This document shows positions 23,406-37,720 of a DNA stretch of 64,000 nt, in pieces. The DNA is from Sminthopsis crassicaudata (taxonomy: Eukaryota). The notes under the pieces are model-generated. The model did no database searches. It had not been told where the DNA came from and saw nothing but the letters and a program-made list of their open reading frames with translations. The stretch is taken from positions 54,312,001 through 54,376,000 of the forward strand of contig NC_133622.1 in NCBI RefSeq assembly GCF_048593235.1, in the 5' to 3' direction. The number at the start of each line of letters is the position of its first letter. Positions within the stretch are counted from its first letter, which is position 1. Made by a program: the position numbers and the translations under genes.

Positions 23406-26400
23406 AATTACTACTACCTAGATAATCTCCAAGATCCTTTCTAACTCAAAAAATCTTTTGATCTCTCATTGGATTTTGTATCTCTCTGATTCATTTATCA
23501 TACGTTATCTTTATTTCTTGTGTGCTTTATCCCCCTACTGAAATAGGGGATTCCATAGGTGAAGGGAGTTTAACATCTAAACTTTGTATTTCTCCAAGTG
23601 CCTACTAGATAGTATGTGTGATGCAGTAGCTGCTGGATAAATATTTGCTGAATGAATGAGGACTGAGAACTGGCCATTTAATTAGTTTCATTCTTTGAGG
23701 AAAAAAATGTTATCTGGTCCCACAAACATTTTCACTATATATGGAAAGTTTCACTGGCCTTCCCACAGTTATCAATGTTTTCTGGTGGAAGGTAAAGAGA
23801 TGAGATAACAGAATGATAGAGTTTTAGAACTGGAAAGGGCTTTCTTCATTCAAAAGAGGAAGAAAATGGAGGCAAGGAAAGATGATAAGATTTGACCAGA
23901 TTTGCATAATTAATAGTATAATTGTAACTAAAACTCCAGTTTCTCTAATAATAATGCAGTGTGTGTGTCTGGGGGGGGGTTGTTTGTTTGTTTTTTCTTT
24001 AATGACCTTCTGTGAAAGGTCTTTGAAAATTAAAAAAAGAGTGGGAGGGAACTTAGTGCAGTGGGCAGACAATAGTTTGAAAGCAGAATATCTGGATTCC
24101 ATTTCTTGATCCCTTCTTACTATTAGTGTGATATTGGGCAAGTCACTTTACTTTGCTGTAAAATGAGCAGGTTGAATTAGGAAATCTCTAATGTCCCTTC
24201 CATTTCTCACTTTAAGACTCTATGGTCTATGGCCCTATATAGAGATGTGTTGATAAATGTTTAGCAATCAGAACTCAAGAAAACAATAAATATATGCATA
24301 TATATCCACGATACACTTTTAATTCTAACCTGCATTTTTAACATGGTCTCCATCACTTTCATAAATCTAGGTAACAAAACAATAAACTAATACCTGATTC
24401 GTAAGATTTGCTGATTTCTTAAATGTAGATGCTCATATTAAAAATTTGATAAATTAGCTCACCCAAGTTGGTTCAAACTGGCTCCGGCCACCACTGAGCC
24501 TATACAAATATGAAGCTGGCAAATTACTGCTATATAATCCTTTGTCCATAGTGCAAAACCCACAAACAGCGCATTGGTGAAATTCCAGACCCATTACCTA
24601 TGCTTAGGAGGAGTCAGATACTGGTCCTTGATCAAGAGATATTCATGTCTTGCCGATGTTACTCTCATCTCAAATGTGTAACTACAAACATTCATAGCAT
24701 GAGCATCTGCCAAGAGAAGCAATACAGTTAGGTCTCTTCTAATACAAATAATGAATCCTATGAAAGGGTTTCATGTATTCAAATTAATACCATTTAAAGT
24801 TATACTTGTATAAAATATGGTAATTGTTTTCAGCCCAATAAAAACATGCAGTGCAAATTTGAATAATTCAACCACTTCATGGGATTCATTATTCCATAAT
24901 TCACAGTAATTGGGACCCAGCTGGTGGGAAGAGGCTTAGACTTGGAGTCAAGAGATCAGAGCAAAAATCTGGCCTCTACTACACACTAACTATGTGACCA
25001 TGGGCAAGTCATTTCACTGAGCATGACTGATTTAAAACTAGAATGCAGTTTTTGAAGTTGTCTAGTTCATATTCTTCTTTTTACATTCTCAAGGAAGGAA
25101 ATAAATTGTCATATGTCATATGGGTATAAATTGTATATATAGATATAATTGTATAAATTGATCCTCTGACTCAAAATCCAAATCTTTTTTTTTTCCAATA
25201 TATTATCAGAACCTTCTTCCTCAAATGGGATTGAATTAAGCTCTGTAAAGATAAGAACTGTCTTATTTTTGTATTTGTATGACCAGTGTTTAGTACAATG
25301 TCTGGCCCATAGTAAGTGCTGAATAGTTTTTTTTATAAATCATTTATTCAACGGACCTGAGTGTCTTTATTTGTAAAAATACCTTCCCTAATTTCATCAG
25401 AGAATTCATTCAAGAGAGTGCTATGCAAATGGAATATACATGGGTAGAAAAATATAGTAAAATCTTGTTAATTCAGATCCTGGGAATTAGAATTTGTGAT
25501 AATCAGACACAAGATACATGACTTATAGAATAAAAATGTCAAGAGAATGTATTTCTCTGCAAATCATTAGGGCTTTACTTGTAAGAAAAATCCATATCCA
25601 AAATCAGTAGCTTTTTCAAATCAATGGCTCAGGAAATGAAGGATTCCTTCAATCTGCCTTGGGCTTCTAAACCCAGCAGGTAATTCTGACAAGGAAAAGT
25701 CTTGTGATGGGTATGACACATTGGATTGTTGGGCTGCTGGGACTTGACCCTTTTTTCCATGAACTTACTTTTTTTTCTATTTGGCATTTATTTATAGCTT
25801 AGTTTTTAATATGGAGTGCATTTATATTTCCTGGTAGCACTCAAAAATCATGAAATTGCTTTTCTTTAAACAGGATTCTACAATTCAACCTTAGACTAGC
25901 TTTTTGCCTTTACTTTTAAATTATCAAGGTTCTCTTGCACATCTCTTCTGAAAGGCAAAAATTCTCACACACACACACACACAAAACTAAAGGCAAGTAA
26001 AAACAGATCAGGTTAGTAGAACCCTTTTTAACTCTGATGCTCTGTGCTAACTCTGAGTCTCTCCTTTCTCTTCCTTAAAATGAGGGGATTGATCTAAATG
26101 ACCCCAGGGTTCCATTCTAGATCTAAGTCTACAATTCTATGTCAGAGTTTTCAGTATTATAGTTATATTTGTAGTCCCAGGATGGTATATTCAAGTCTTT
26201 AATATAACAAACTTGATTGTAATGGGCACAAATGTATGTAATTGATTGCAGGTCTATAACCTGATTTTTTTTTTAGCCCAATTCACATTCTGGTCTCAGT
26301 TCCAGGTTGAGTCATGGGTTCATTGACCATAGAAGTCATCTAATTTAATCCTCCCCCTCCACCTTCTTTATAAAAACTAAGACTTAGAGAATGATTTGTT

Positions 26401-28012
26401 TAAGGGGATACAAATAGTAAGGGACTGAGCTGAAATTGAACACAGATCTTCTAACTCCAAATCTAATCCTTGTTCCAGTCTACTATGTTTTAATAGGAGT
26501 TAATCTATTCAGATCAGATTCAGAATAGAGGGGGGATTGGAGTGGGGACTTATCTAATTCAACTACTTTGTTTTACAAAGGGGAAAATGGAAACTCATAA
26601 AGATGAGATGATTTGTTGGTGGTCACTCAACTGGCAAGTGCTTGTTTATTAACCCATTTTTTCTAGTGACTCCCCAAGACTTGAGAATAAACTCTCCACT
26701 ATATCTTATTATTTTATAAATCAAGGAACAATTGCTAAAGATATCATGGGGAGTGAGGCTTTTGAAAATAGGGAGCAGAAGGGAATTTATTTAGAGAAGT
26801 ATGTGGGTGGAGGGGTCAGGGAATTCTGTTCCATTCATGACATCCATCACCCCCACTACCATCCTCAGAGTGGCTCATTAACTTTGAACTATGGTACAAT
26901 CATCATGCTTCATTCCATTGACATAATAGAATACCTCACTTTTTCATAGCTCATTTAGTTTAAAAACTTCTCACAACAATTTTGTGAGGTACATTTTTTT
27001 TTTTTTTACAACTGAGGAAACTGAGACTCAGCCAAAAAAAAAAGGATATGGTCCCAATAGTCAACATACATTCATTCTTGGAGACTTTTGTTTGGTTTTA
27101 TCTTATATATTGCAACAACAGGATCACAGAATATTAAAGCTGAAAAAATCTTTATTGATAATTTCCGAGTCCTGTATTTTTCAGATCAGACAATATGGGC
27201 TCAGTAAGGTAAATGATTTGCTCACAATAACACATGAAATTAATGTCAGAGCTAAAGCTAAAACCTTAGGCTACTGACTCCCAGTCCAGTGCTTACTACT
27301 GTTCAAGGCTACTCATTAGTCATCTGGCCAAAGAGAATTTATTAAACATTTATCAAATATAAGGTATTATTAAGCCTTAGGCAAAAAAAAAGTTTGGAGT
27401 CCAGACATGAAGTTTTAGGTGCAAAGAGAAGCAAGAAAGATTCTTTGATGGATTGTACAAATACGTTCCAAATCCAGCATTTCGATCTGATACCATTTAT
27501 TCTAAAACTCTGGAGCAGCCAGGGATATAAAACACAATCTGTGAGAGTCCTGGAGGTTACCTATAGGCTAAGATTTTGTATTACTGGTGTTGATATTTTA
27601 AAAATGTTTTTGCTTTTATTTCTGGTTGAAGGAGGAAGGACATCAGAAGAAGACCAGAGATATAGAGAGTAAGAGTTTTCCAATTTGGGATTCTACTTCT
27701 TTAGAAATATTCTTGCAAATGTTGGGTAATCATTTGGTCAATTTTCTGATATGTTTTAGAGGGAATTCTTGCTCAGGTGTGAATCGGACTGGATTACCTC
27801 TGAAGAACTATTCAAGTCAAAGATTGTGACTCTCTGGCTTTTCCCACTTCAGGACATTGTAGTGGAGGGATTAGATTTCTCTTAAATGTATCTTGGGCTG
27901 CCAGAGTCACCAGTGCTATGTCCGAAATTAGGAAGATAACTGGGTTTAAACCCTGACTCTGATCCTAGGTAGCTTGGTTGTTGATGTTTACAATTGCGTC
28001 TGACACTGAGAG

Positions 28013-28238
28013 ACCATTTGTTTTTGTTTTTGTTTTTTTGTTTTTGGCAAAGATACTACAGTAGTTTGCCATTTTCATTTTCCAGCTCATTTTACAGATG
28101 AGAAAATTGAGGCAAAAAAGTGTTAAGTGAATTGCTGGGTTCATTCAGCTAATAAATGTCTGAGGCTAGATTTGGACTCAGGATGATGAATTTTCCTAAC
28201 TCCAAGCCAGGCATTCTACCCATTGTAGAGCCTAAATG
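28013..28238 (-). mobile_element. Mar1-type SINE (RTE-related tail)
   Basis: ttggcaaagatactacagtagtttgccattttc.tttccagctcattttacagatgagaaaattgaggcaaa. Confidence 0.85.
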
Positions 28239-28439
28239 TACCTAGTGTGACCCTGAATACTTCATCAGTTGTTTTGAACCTATCATTCCTCATCTGTAAA
28301 GGATGGGGGAGAATCATATCTGTATTCTCTATAACTCACAGGATTAAGACTCAAATAAGATTATGTGTGAGTTATAGTGTACATTTTTAAAAATTCTTAT
28401 CATTTCTTACTATAATGTTATGAGGGAAAGGAAACAACT

Positions 28440-28610
28440 AGTTGTGTGATCCCCAAGTCACCAAGCTTCCGTTTGTCTCAGTTTCCTCATTTGTAAAAAA
28501 AAGGGGATAAATAATACAGCATCTATTTCCCAGAGTTGTTAGGGAGATCAAATGAGATAATAATTGCAAAGTGCTTAAACTCAGTGCCTGGCTCATATTA
28601 AGAGCCATAT
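28440..28610 (+). mobile_element. MIR SINE
   Basis: ctcagtttcctcatttgtaaaa..ggggataaataatacagcatct..ttcccagagttgtt...atcaaatgagataat. Confidence 0.8.
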
Positions 28611-28613
28611 TTA

Positions 28614-28614
<1 letters not shown>

Positions 28615-28652
<38 letters not shown>
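28615..28652. repeat. (TTA)n microsatellite
   Basis: Perfect ATT run; gives poly-N in ORF 28438-28773. Confidence 0.95.
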
Positions 28653-28764
28653 CTAGAAAAGTTTTTACAGAGAAGGAAGCATTTGAGGTGGATCTTGAAG
28701 GGAAACACTTCAACGAACAAAAAAGAGCTGGAATGGATTGAGCTAGTGAATGGAGTCCCAGAGC

Positions 28765-28970
28765 TGAAGTCAAGAAGACAAATCAAGCTTCATTACTATA
28801 TCATCCAAAGCAAGTCACTTAACTCCTGTATACATCAATTACCTCATTTATAAAACAAACAAACAACCCAAAAATCCATAAGAAGAGCACCTACCTCCCA
28901 GGGTTATTGTTAGGATAAAATGAGATAATATTAGAAAAGCACTTTAAAAATGATCCCTAAATGCTAGCTA
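28765..28970 (+). mobile_element. MIR SINE
   Basis: gcaagtcacttaac...cacctacctcccagggttattgttaggataaaatgagataat. Confidence 0.7.
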
Positions 28971-29649
28971 TTGCTGGAGTGGATTCTGAACATGGTTTAA
29001 GCAAAGACACAGTAAACCCGGGAATGGACAAGTCAAGAGCCAAGATTTAGTCATTTAGTCTGACAGGAATACAAAATGCACCGAAAGAAAAAGCTTTCGA
29101 GATGAATCTTTGAGACCATTGTTGGTTAGCATGTCCTCTCTAGTTTGAATCCCTTTCTTAATCTTTATTCTCCATTTCAATAATAACGTGAAATCACTTC
29201 TTTTGATTCAATGACCACTTTAGAATAAGAAAGACTTTGTTGGGGGCAGTGCAGAACCCAAGAAGCAAAGGGATAGTATGTGAAATAGTTTAAAAAAAAA
29301 ATGCCTATAGTGGAATCCAGACCGGATTTGGGATTTAACTGTATAACTTCTGACAAAGAACTTGGTCTACCTGGATCTCAGTTTCCTCATTTGTAAAGTA
29401 TGTTTGGAATGGATGATCTCCTAGTTCTCTCTTCATTCTAATTCTGTAGTGTTGTTGTTATTGTAAGGCCTTTTAGATAATTGTCTGATTATTCATTACT
29501 GAAGAGTTGTTTTTTTTCTTCCAATTCCAAATCTTTTACATAGTGTGATTTTCAGGAAGTGTAAGGTTTCTAAAAAATAATAAGACAGTGTCTGTGTAAC
29601 AAACCCAAATTAATTGCCAAAGGTAGATTATCTATCTTGGTAGTCTGGT

Positions 29650-29840
29650 GTCATTTATAGAGCACTGGCTAGGAAGTCAGTTGCCTCAGACACTAATTGT
29701 GTGGCCCTGAACAAGTCTCAGTCTCAATTTCCCCATCTATAAAATGGGAAAGACAATAATAGCATCTCTCTTAAAGGCTTGTTGTGAGGGAATATGAAAT
29801 AATGTGTGTAAAGCATAAACATTTTAGCTATTATTATTGG
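29650..29840 (+). mobile_element. MIR SINE
   Basis: gcctcagacactaattgtgtggccctgaacaagtc...gttgtgagggaatatgaaataatgtgtgtaaagc. Confidence 0.7.
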
Positions 29841-30355
29841 CAAAGTATAGATGGTACTCAAGTCAAGGGACTATCCTTCCATAATTACAAAGTATAACTG
29901 TTCTCTGATACATCACTACAGATTGTACCCTTGACCTTAGTCACCTCCCTGGAATGGGAATGGGGAGGAAAGGAAAGATGAGGGATAGAAAATGGAAAAC
30001 GAAGAGAGCAGGTGGAAGGATTTATCTCAACTTATGTATAACATATGTTTTACCTATGGGTCAACAATATACTTATATTTGAAAGACTGTTTAAATCTCT
30101 CCAAGGGAGGTTTGACATACTCTTAGAACTAACATTTAAGACTGATTTAATCCAATTTGGTAAGATTTTTTCCATATTATAAATGATTAAATTTTCTCAC
30201 ACCTCTCAGAAAATCTTAGACATGGAATTCTTATCTGAATCATCCAGCTCCCAAGTCTTACCTAGAAACCCTACTAATATCATTATCCCAATTCTTCAAA
30301 GGGAATTTAAAATTGTTTATAAACTTAGTCAAAATACAAACACCTTGAGAATAAA

Positions 30356-30827
30356 NNNNNNNNNNNNNNNNNNNNNNNNNNNNNNNNNNNNNNNNNNNNN
30401 NNNNNNNNNNNNNNNNNNNNNNNNNNNNNNNNNNNNNNNNNNNNNNNNNNNNNNNNNNNNNNNNNNNNNNNNNNNNNNNNNNNNNNNNNNNNNNNNNNNN
30501 NNNNNNNNNNNNNNNNNNNNNNNNNNNNNNNNNNNNNNNNNNNNNNNNNNNNNNNNNNNNNNNNNNNNNNNNNNNNNNNNNNNNNNNNNNNNNNNNNNNN
30601 NNNNNNNNNNNNNNNNNNNNNNNNNNNNNNNNNNNNNNNNNNNNNNNNNNNNNNNNNNNNNNNNNNNNNNNNNNNNNNNNNNNNNNNNNNNNNNNNNNNN
30701 NNNNNNNNNNNNNNNNNNNNNNNNNNNNNNNNNNNNNNNNNNNNNNNNNNNNNNNNNNNNNNNNNNNNNNNNNNNNNNNNNNNNNNNNNNNNNNNNNNNN
30801 NNNNNNNNNNNNNNNNNNNNNNNNNNN
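30356..30827. other. Assembly gap (472 N)
   Basis: N run. Confidence 1.
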
Positions 30828-31813
30828 GTTTCTTTCACTCTTCCTTCCGTCTTTTTAAAATTTCTTTCCCCCTCTGTGACACTAAATCAATGAACTCCCA
30901 GTAAAACAACTCCTTACATCCATATAGATCTGCAACCCCACTATGATTTAGAGTCTTTGAGAATTTTTGTTGACACTGAGACATGCAAGGTTATATGATG
31001 TGGTCAGTAATTATCAGAGGCAAAATTTGAACCCGGGTTTTATTGCTCTTCTAGCAAATAGTTTTCACTTGAATTCAATTAAATTAGACTGGAGTGGATA
31101 GAATTGAATTTCTAAAGAGATGATCACTGGGGAAAAGCTCTCTTTTCCCTATTATGACAAGAGGTTCAGCAACTGTCTTTAAGCTTTGGCTTTGATTTGC
31201 AGTGAATAATTCATACTTCAGGGCCCACGGTTGATTGGTTTTGTTTTGCTTTTAAGCTACCATCAAATTTATTATTCTTGAGTAAGTTTGTCTTACATCT
31301 AGATGAGTGTTTGCATTCCAATTCTGAGACAATAGGGGCTACTCGTTAAGGGTAAACCTCATAATCCCCAGTATGGAACCTCTCTTGTATAGATAGTGAA
31401 ACTGGATATAATCAGTGAATACTAAAGACAATAATTATGGAATTAGAATCAGAGAACCATAATCCAACTACTAACTTCCTATACATTTCTCAGAAGTTAC
31501 CCTGGGCCACTAGTTTTGATTCTTTGAAAATTATGAGGGAGAAGAACCATAAACAAAAATATAAAGAAGCAAAATTTAACCAAAGGAATGTTATCTATAT
31601 TGAGAGAATTAGTCTTTCATTGAAAGATGAATATATTTCTTGGCCATCTATTTGCTTTGTCAAATCCCTGTCAAGTGAGTCTTCTGTCAAGTCAAATGAA
31701 CTTCATTCCATATCAAAACCAAGGGATGTTGTTAAGAATTCACTAGATTAAAAACTCTTCCCTCTGGAGCTCCAGGGTCAAGGATTGCAGGAAAAATGCA
31801 GGGAGGAATATCC

Positions 31814-32007
31814 ATTAGAGGTGTCAGCAAGCAAAAGTGTTGACTGAGTTTAAATCACTAGCGTGAAAAGCAAAAGCAAACACATTTTAATTTATTGGTG
31901 GGAAAAAAATGGCCCATATCATGGCAAAAATTCTAATAAAAAATAAATAATGTTGACAACAGAAGTGGAAAAAAACCCTAATGTTCTTTGCAGCTCTGTG
32001 AATTAGC
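31814..32007 (+). repeat. Local duplication, copy A
   Basis: Direct repeat of 33341-33539; first 81 bp align ungapped with 8 mismatches. Confidence 0.9.
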
Positions 32008-33340
32008 TAGCAAAGGACGTGCCTGTCCATTAGTCAAAAGATAAAAAATATAGGAAGCAGTCTGAATTGATAGAAGAAGCCCTCACTAGAAACCCAGGGT
32101 CTGGCCCTATTTCAAACCTCTTAATCTTTCTGGGCCTCAGTTTCCTTATTTGCAAAATAGGTATAACACTTTGCTAGTCCTTATTTTTTGAATCGTTTCA
32201 AAACTCCTTTTCCCCCAACAAAGAGTCATATTTTTTTACTCTGGGATTTGTAGAAGATAGAGTTGTCTGATACTTTTGAAGATTTATCAACTAAGGTGCC
32301 ATTCTCCAAGTTAAGGTCTAATACTGAGGAGTAATACAGAGAGGTTCTAACAAAGTATTCCACTATTCTTTTATGAAGACAAGGGAAAAGAGCAGCTATT
32401 TCAGAGTGAGGACATCATTACTGTGCTTTCACTGTGTCCTCAAGACCTAACAAACTAATGGTAGCTATAGAAACATCAATTACTGAGATGAAAAGTCATG
32501 GTGCTAATTATCAAGAATCTTGTCTAAATTAATAATTTTTGAGTTTATGAATTTTTGAGGTCCTGAAAGAATAACAGATTTGTAAACAGAGGTCTGAATT
32601 CCAATTCAGGTCTGCTAATTACAACTTTTGTGACTTTGGATAAATTATTTCATCTAACTTGGTCTTAGTTTGCTCATCTATAAAAAGTGAATATTAACTT
32701 GGATAATCTCTAAGAGCTTTTCTTACTCAAAATTCTAGGAGCCCATCATCTTATGCTATTTGGATTAGAATTAGAAAAATGTTTGTTGCCAAGATGACAA
32801 TATGAGTTAGATGGACAATCTGGGACAGACAGTCTAAATGAATGAGTTGGGCCCAGAATTAAGCAGTAAGAAACTGCCAAGTTTCTTTAATGAAAACTAG
32901 GCTTTTCTCAGAACAAAGGCCCATTTTCTTTTAGTACATATATTCTACCAGTGTTGTATGACTTTTGTACTATAATAGTTTCTGAAGAAGGAAAAAAGAA
33001 TATCATGTAATGAGCGAAGGAAAAGCCCATACTGAGTGTGAGCTGGCTAGAATATAGAAGCACTGAGGACTACTAAAGAACATGAATTAAAGATGTCATC
33101 AGAGAGATGGGCTGCTCATGGAGTGAGGGAGGACAAATGGATAGTCTGAGAAATCCACAGGTATCAGAAAGCAAAAAAGGCCTCCAGCATCTTGAATTAG
33201 TGGCCTTGTGGTGAATCTATGGAAAAGACATGGAAGAGAATTAAACAAGATGGATGGGCATGAATAGTTTATGATCAGCATCTTTGGAGGAAATAACCAA
33301 ATCCTAAGATCACAGATTCATTTGAGTATTAAAACTCTGT

Positions 33341-33539
33341 ATTAGAGGTGTCAGCATGTGAAAGTGTTGATAGAGTCTAAATCACTAGCGTGAAATGCAA
33401 AAGCAAACACATCTTAATTTACCAGTGGGGGGGGGAAAAGGGTCTTTATCAAGGCAAAAATCCTAATGAAGAAATCAATCATTCTGACAAAAGAAGTGGA
33501 AACAGAACATCAATGATCTTTACAGCTGTGTAGGTTAGC
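33341..33539 (+). repeat. Local duplication, copy B
   Basis: Direct repeat of 31814-32007; a second shared block at ~32168-32222 / ~34057-34116. Confidence 0.9.
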
Positions 33540-34376
33540 CAGGCGTACCTTTAGCCTGACCCATGTTAAGACATAACCCTCTGAAGGAAATAAGTAAAAA
33601 TGCCAAAATACAACAAAAAAGTTCTTATGAATCAGCTCAGGTGGTGTAATCATTAGAACATTCACTTTGCACACAAAATATCTCCAATTTTAAGCCACAC
33701 GCAAACCCCTATTGTGCCTGAGAAAAATCATGGGACAGTAGCAAAAGCATTAGATTTGGTCAGTGGATTTGGGTTCAAGTCCCAGCCCTGTCCCTTTCTA
33801 ACTGTATGGTGAGAGGCATTTCATTTTACTTCTTTGGAGCTCAGTTTCTCCATCTACAAATTGAGGGAATTGGACTAAATGATCTCTAAAAATCTCTTCC
33901 TGATCTAGATCTATGATTCATTGATCATGTTTATGATCAAGGCGGTTCTACACTGAATATGTGAAGAACTTGACAAAGACACAATTGGAAGAGCTTGCAT
34001 GTGATCAATCATTCAACAACTCTTTTAAGTTTCTACCATGTAAAAAAAGAGCATATACTTGCTAGTCCTTACTTATTATTTTTGGATTGTTTCAAAACTC
34101 TTTTACCCCCAACAAATAGCTACCCCTTATAGCTACATTCCAGATGCTTCTAATCACAAGCGGATACAATAATATCCTGGAAAATCGTGAATAAATACAA
34201 TGTTTTCAGTTTTGCTTTGGTAGATCCTTCATATGTTTTCTCTACTCAGAGGACTTGAGACTTCTCCACACTTCTTGTTCTGTCTTGACTCTATGATCTG
34301 GCTGTAGGATGAGCTATGGAGTATTAAAGAGGGAATCCTAACTAAACATTTTAACTCCAGTTCCTATTAGTTTTTT

Positions 34377-34540
34377 NNNNNNNNNNNNNNNNNNNNNNNN
34401 NNNNNNNNNNNNNNNNNNNNNNNNNNNNNNNNNNNNNNNNNNNNNNNNNNNNNNNNNNNNNNNNNNNNNNNNNNNNNNNNNNNNNNNNNNNNNNNNNNNN
34501 NNNNNNNNNNNNNNNNNNNNNNNNNNNNNNNNNNNNNNNT
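34377..34540. other. Assembly gap (164 N)
   Basis: N run. Confidence 1.
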
Positions 34541-34634
34541 GAATAATCTAAAAAAAGTGAAAAAAGGTGAAATTTAATTTTGGTACCATGGCCATTTTAT
34601 TATATTGGCATGGATTGGCATAAAAAAAGTATAT

Positions 34635-34870
34635 GGGTGACTTGAGTGGATAAAGCACTGGGCTTGAAATCAGGAAGTCCTAAGTTTAAAGTTGACCTCA
34701 GTCACTTATTAGCTTTATATCCCTGGCCAGGTCACTTAATCTGTGTTACTTTAAATCCACTGGAGAGGGAAATGACAAAGGAATTTAGTATCTTTGCCAA
34801 GAAAACTCCATAGAATGTAAGATCCATGTGGTCAGAAAGTCACATAGGACTGATAGACTTAACAACAACA
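34635..34870 (+). mobile_element. Mar1-type SINE with RTE tail
   Basis: tRNA-like head, then ccactggagagggaaatgac...agtatctttgccaagaaaactcc...ttaacaacaaca. Confidence 0.85.
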
Positions 34871-34899
34871 GAAGTGAGCACTGGATTTTCTATCAACTC

Positions 34900-37720
34900 T
34901 TCATTTTGTTTGTTTTATTGTGGCTGTTTTTTTTAATTTTCTAAGGAGCTCTTTGTAAATAAATTTATTCAAGGCTTTGGCATTCTTTAGGAGATTAATT
35001 TCCATATGTTTTATGCATTGTTTAATTATTTGGAATGAAATTTCCATTTATTTTATTTTTTCTTATTTTATAATTAGTATATAAAAATGCTTTGATTTTG
35101 TAGTTGCAAATCTCCTCAAGCTATTAATTGTCTCAATTAGTTTAATTGATAGTTCCTTGGGATTTTCCCAATAAACATCACATCATCAGCAAAAAGAATA
35201 GTTTTATTTTTTATTTACCTCTCCAAATTCCTTTTTTCCCCACTTCTCTTATTGCTATAACATTTCCAAAATGATATTAAATCATAGTGTAGAAAGTGGG
35301 CAAAGAATCTATGAAGTAGATGCCCAAAGTATTGAACGCTATTATCTTCAAAAACTTCTTCAGTTCCACATTTTCCCTTTTGCTAATCTTTTTTTTTTTT
35401 TTTTTTTTTTTTTTTTCCCCAGTCATACCCCAAACTGATAGAGGGATATTGAAGTCTCCTATCACTCTTTTGTTAGTTTCTATGTATCTTGAAGTTCAGA
35501 TATTGTTTTCTTTGTAAATTCAGATGTAAAGTCTTATGGAAGATATGTGTTTATTACTGACATTAATTTGTAGTCTCGGTTTCTTTCAGCATTTTTTATT
35601 TCTTGAATATTTATTTTTGCTTTGATATCATTGTAGCAATTTTTTATTCTTTTGACATATACTATGTTTTCTTTTTCATTTCTCTTAGTTTTTTAAATGG
35701 TTTCTTATGAATAGTAGATCATAAGGATTTGTTTTTTTTAAATCCAATTTGTAGCTGTTTTGTTGTTGTTCTGTTGTCTTATTTAATCCATTCACATGTA
35801 ACTGAATACGTTAGATTAATGTTTTCCTACATTTATCTTTAAAATTATTTTCTTCAGTTTTAATCTCTGCCACTGTTTCTTCTGTAAACACAATATTATG
35901 CTCTTTCAATTACTTTATTTATTTTTTTTTAACATGGCCCTATATCATTTAGTTCTCTTACCCTTATTTTGATCTTCTCTTCTCATTTGCCACTCTTCTC
36001 CACTTATGGTTGTGTTTATTAGTTTCTATTTATTCTTCTTTTTAAATCTTCCTAGATATTTCTTTCCCTCATTTCCCCTCTCAGTCAAGTAGATTTCTCT
36101 TTCCTCTCCTCTTCTTCTGCCAGTTATGTACATCAATTTTTTTTTTTAAATTTCATTTTTATATCCCTTTCCAAAAAGAATATCTTTACCTCTCTTCATT
36201 TTCCATCCTCTAAGATTACTCTAGGCCCTAATTGTCTGATTAATAAACCTTACAATCATCTGATTTCTTGCTTTTTTCTATATCCTTCATGTAATAAAAA
36301 CTTCCAAGGCTCTAACATCTTTCCTCTTTTTGTCATTGCCTTATAAGATTTATACCATTAATTCCACTCTCAGTACAAAGTCTATCATTGAAGGTATTAA
36401 AAAGGGTACTGCCACATAATAGGAAACATTCCTTTCTATTTCTATATAGCTTCTCTTATTGACTTCCAGCCCAAGATTGCATGAAAATATCTTCCTTGAT
36501 TGCATTCTCTCATACTTCTCTTAGGCCAATGGTATTTCAAATTCTCTCCCCTCCAACACATATAAAACAAATAGACTTTTCAGACATCAACTGCAACAGG
36601 CCTCATCCAGTGTACCATTCACATCTTTCTTCAAATAAAGGAATATTAATCATTAGAAACATCTCATTTAATTTCCTATGTTGGAAAGTTCTGGATCCTT
36701 CTCTTCTATTATTTCCTTTATGATGTTTTCTCCCCCTAACCTTAACCCCAGAGGACTCATAATCCTTATGTTGCCAGTATACATCCGGCTTTAAATTTGT
36801 ATGTTTTGTTTTTATAATGAGCATAGTTTCATCAATGTTCAGTTTTTTTCTCTTATTCTAGGTTAACTTTAACTCTTATGTACTTGCATTCCCAATTTAT
36901 TGCTTTCTTTCTTTGTTGACAATTTTCATTGCAAATTCAAGTTTTTCCATTTTACTTTTTTATATAGGATGTAAATTTTGTTCTCATGATTTTCATTTAT
37001 TCTTTCAACTACACAAAAACATCATATTATAGTTCCATGTTTCCTCAAATTCCACAGTATCCTGTTTCATCAAGGATTGGATCACATCCCTTCTCATTCA
37101 TAGATGTCTGAAGTTGTTTATTAAACCTAGAGTCATATTTCTGTCTTTTGTTACTATTTTCACCTTTTTCTGATTTATTTGTTTATGTTCAATGTCTTTG
37201 AAATTTATTGACTTTGATATCTTTTGTACTTTAATTTTTTTGTCACCTTGTTTTCCTTATTATTCACTTCTAACTTATTTCCCTATCCCTTCCTCACCCT
37301 CTCCCCCACTTTCCCATTGTGTTTTCTTTTAAGGCTAGATTTCAGCCTCTTATACACAGGCAAATTAATATTTCACCAGCAAACATGTCTTCCCCAACTG
37401 TCTTTTGAGTGGTCATAATTGCCTCCAATTGCTGATGTGATATTCTCTCAGGCTTTGTCTAGTTGCTACATAGATCACCAGATGCACAGTGTAGTAGTCT
37501 ATTGATCTATTATATTCTCTTATTTCCTTAGCTCTATAGTCTGACACTGGCAGTTCAGAGCCTACTTGAACCATATTTCAGAGCTTGCTTTTCCTAGCAC
37601 TGGCAGAAAATGCTTTCCCTAAAACATGGATTGGTGCTTTTGGGTTTCAATCCTCAGTAGACATTTTATCCTTATGGGACTGTGTCTATTCTGTCTTTGA
37701 GGCCCAAGGACACTTCCTTA
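34900..37720 (-). mobile_element. Old internally deleted L1 (RT part, endonuclease, ORF1, 5' UTR)
   Basis: Antisense RT segment (catcatcagcaaaaag) joins near 35310 to the antisense endonuclease segment (gaagtctcctatcact), then T-rich ORF1 and a 5' UTR-like region. Confidence 0.7.

Noticed and set aside
24300-24900. Unique TE-free stretch as a possible conserved element (also ~21400-21860, ~31130-31400, ~38290-38530)
   Set aside because: No CpG enrichment or distinctive signal; cannot be supported without alignments
30183-30893. 236-aa and 169-aa ORFs
   Set aside because: Mostly X from a 472-N gap; the same applies to ORFs at 41109-41423, 46518-47206 and 54315-54632
31437-31751. 104-aa ORF
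   Set aside because: Starts in MIR-like sequence, AT-rich, no recognisable domain
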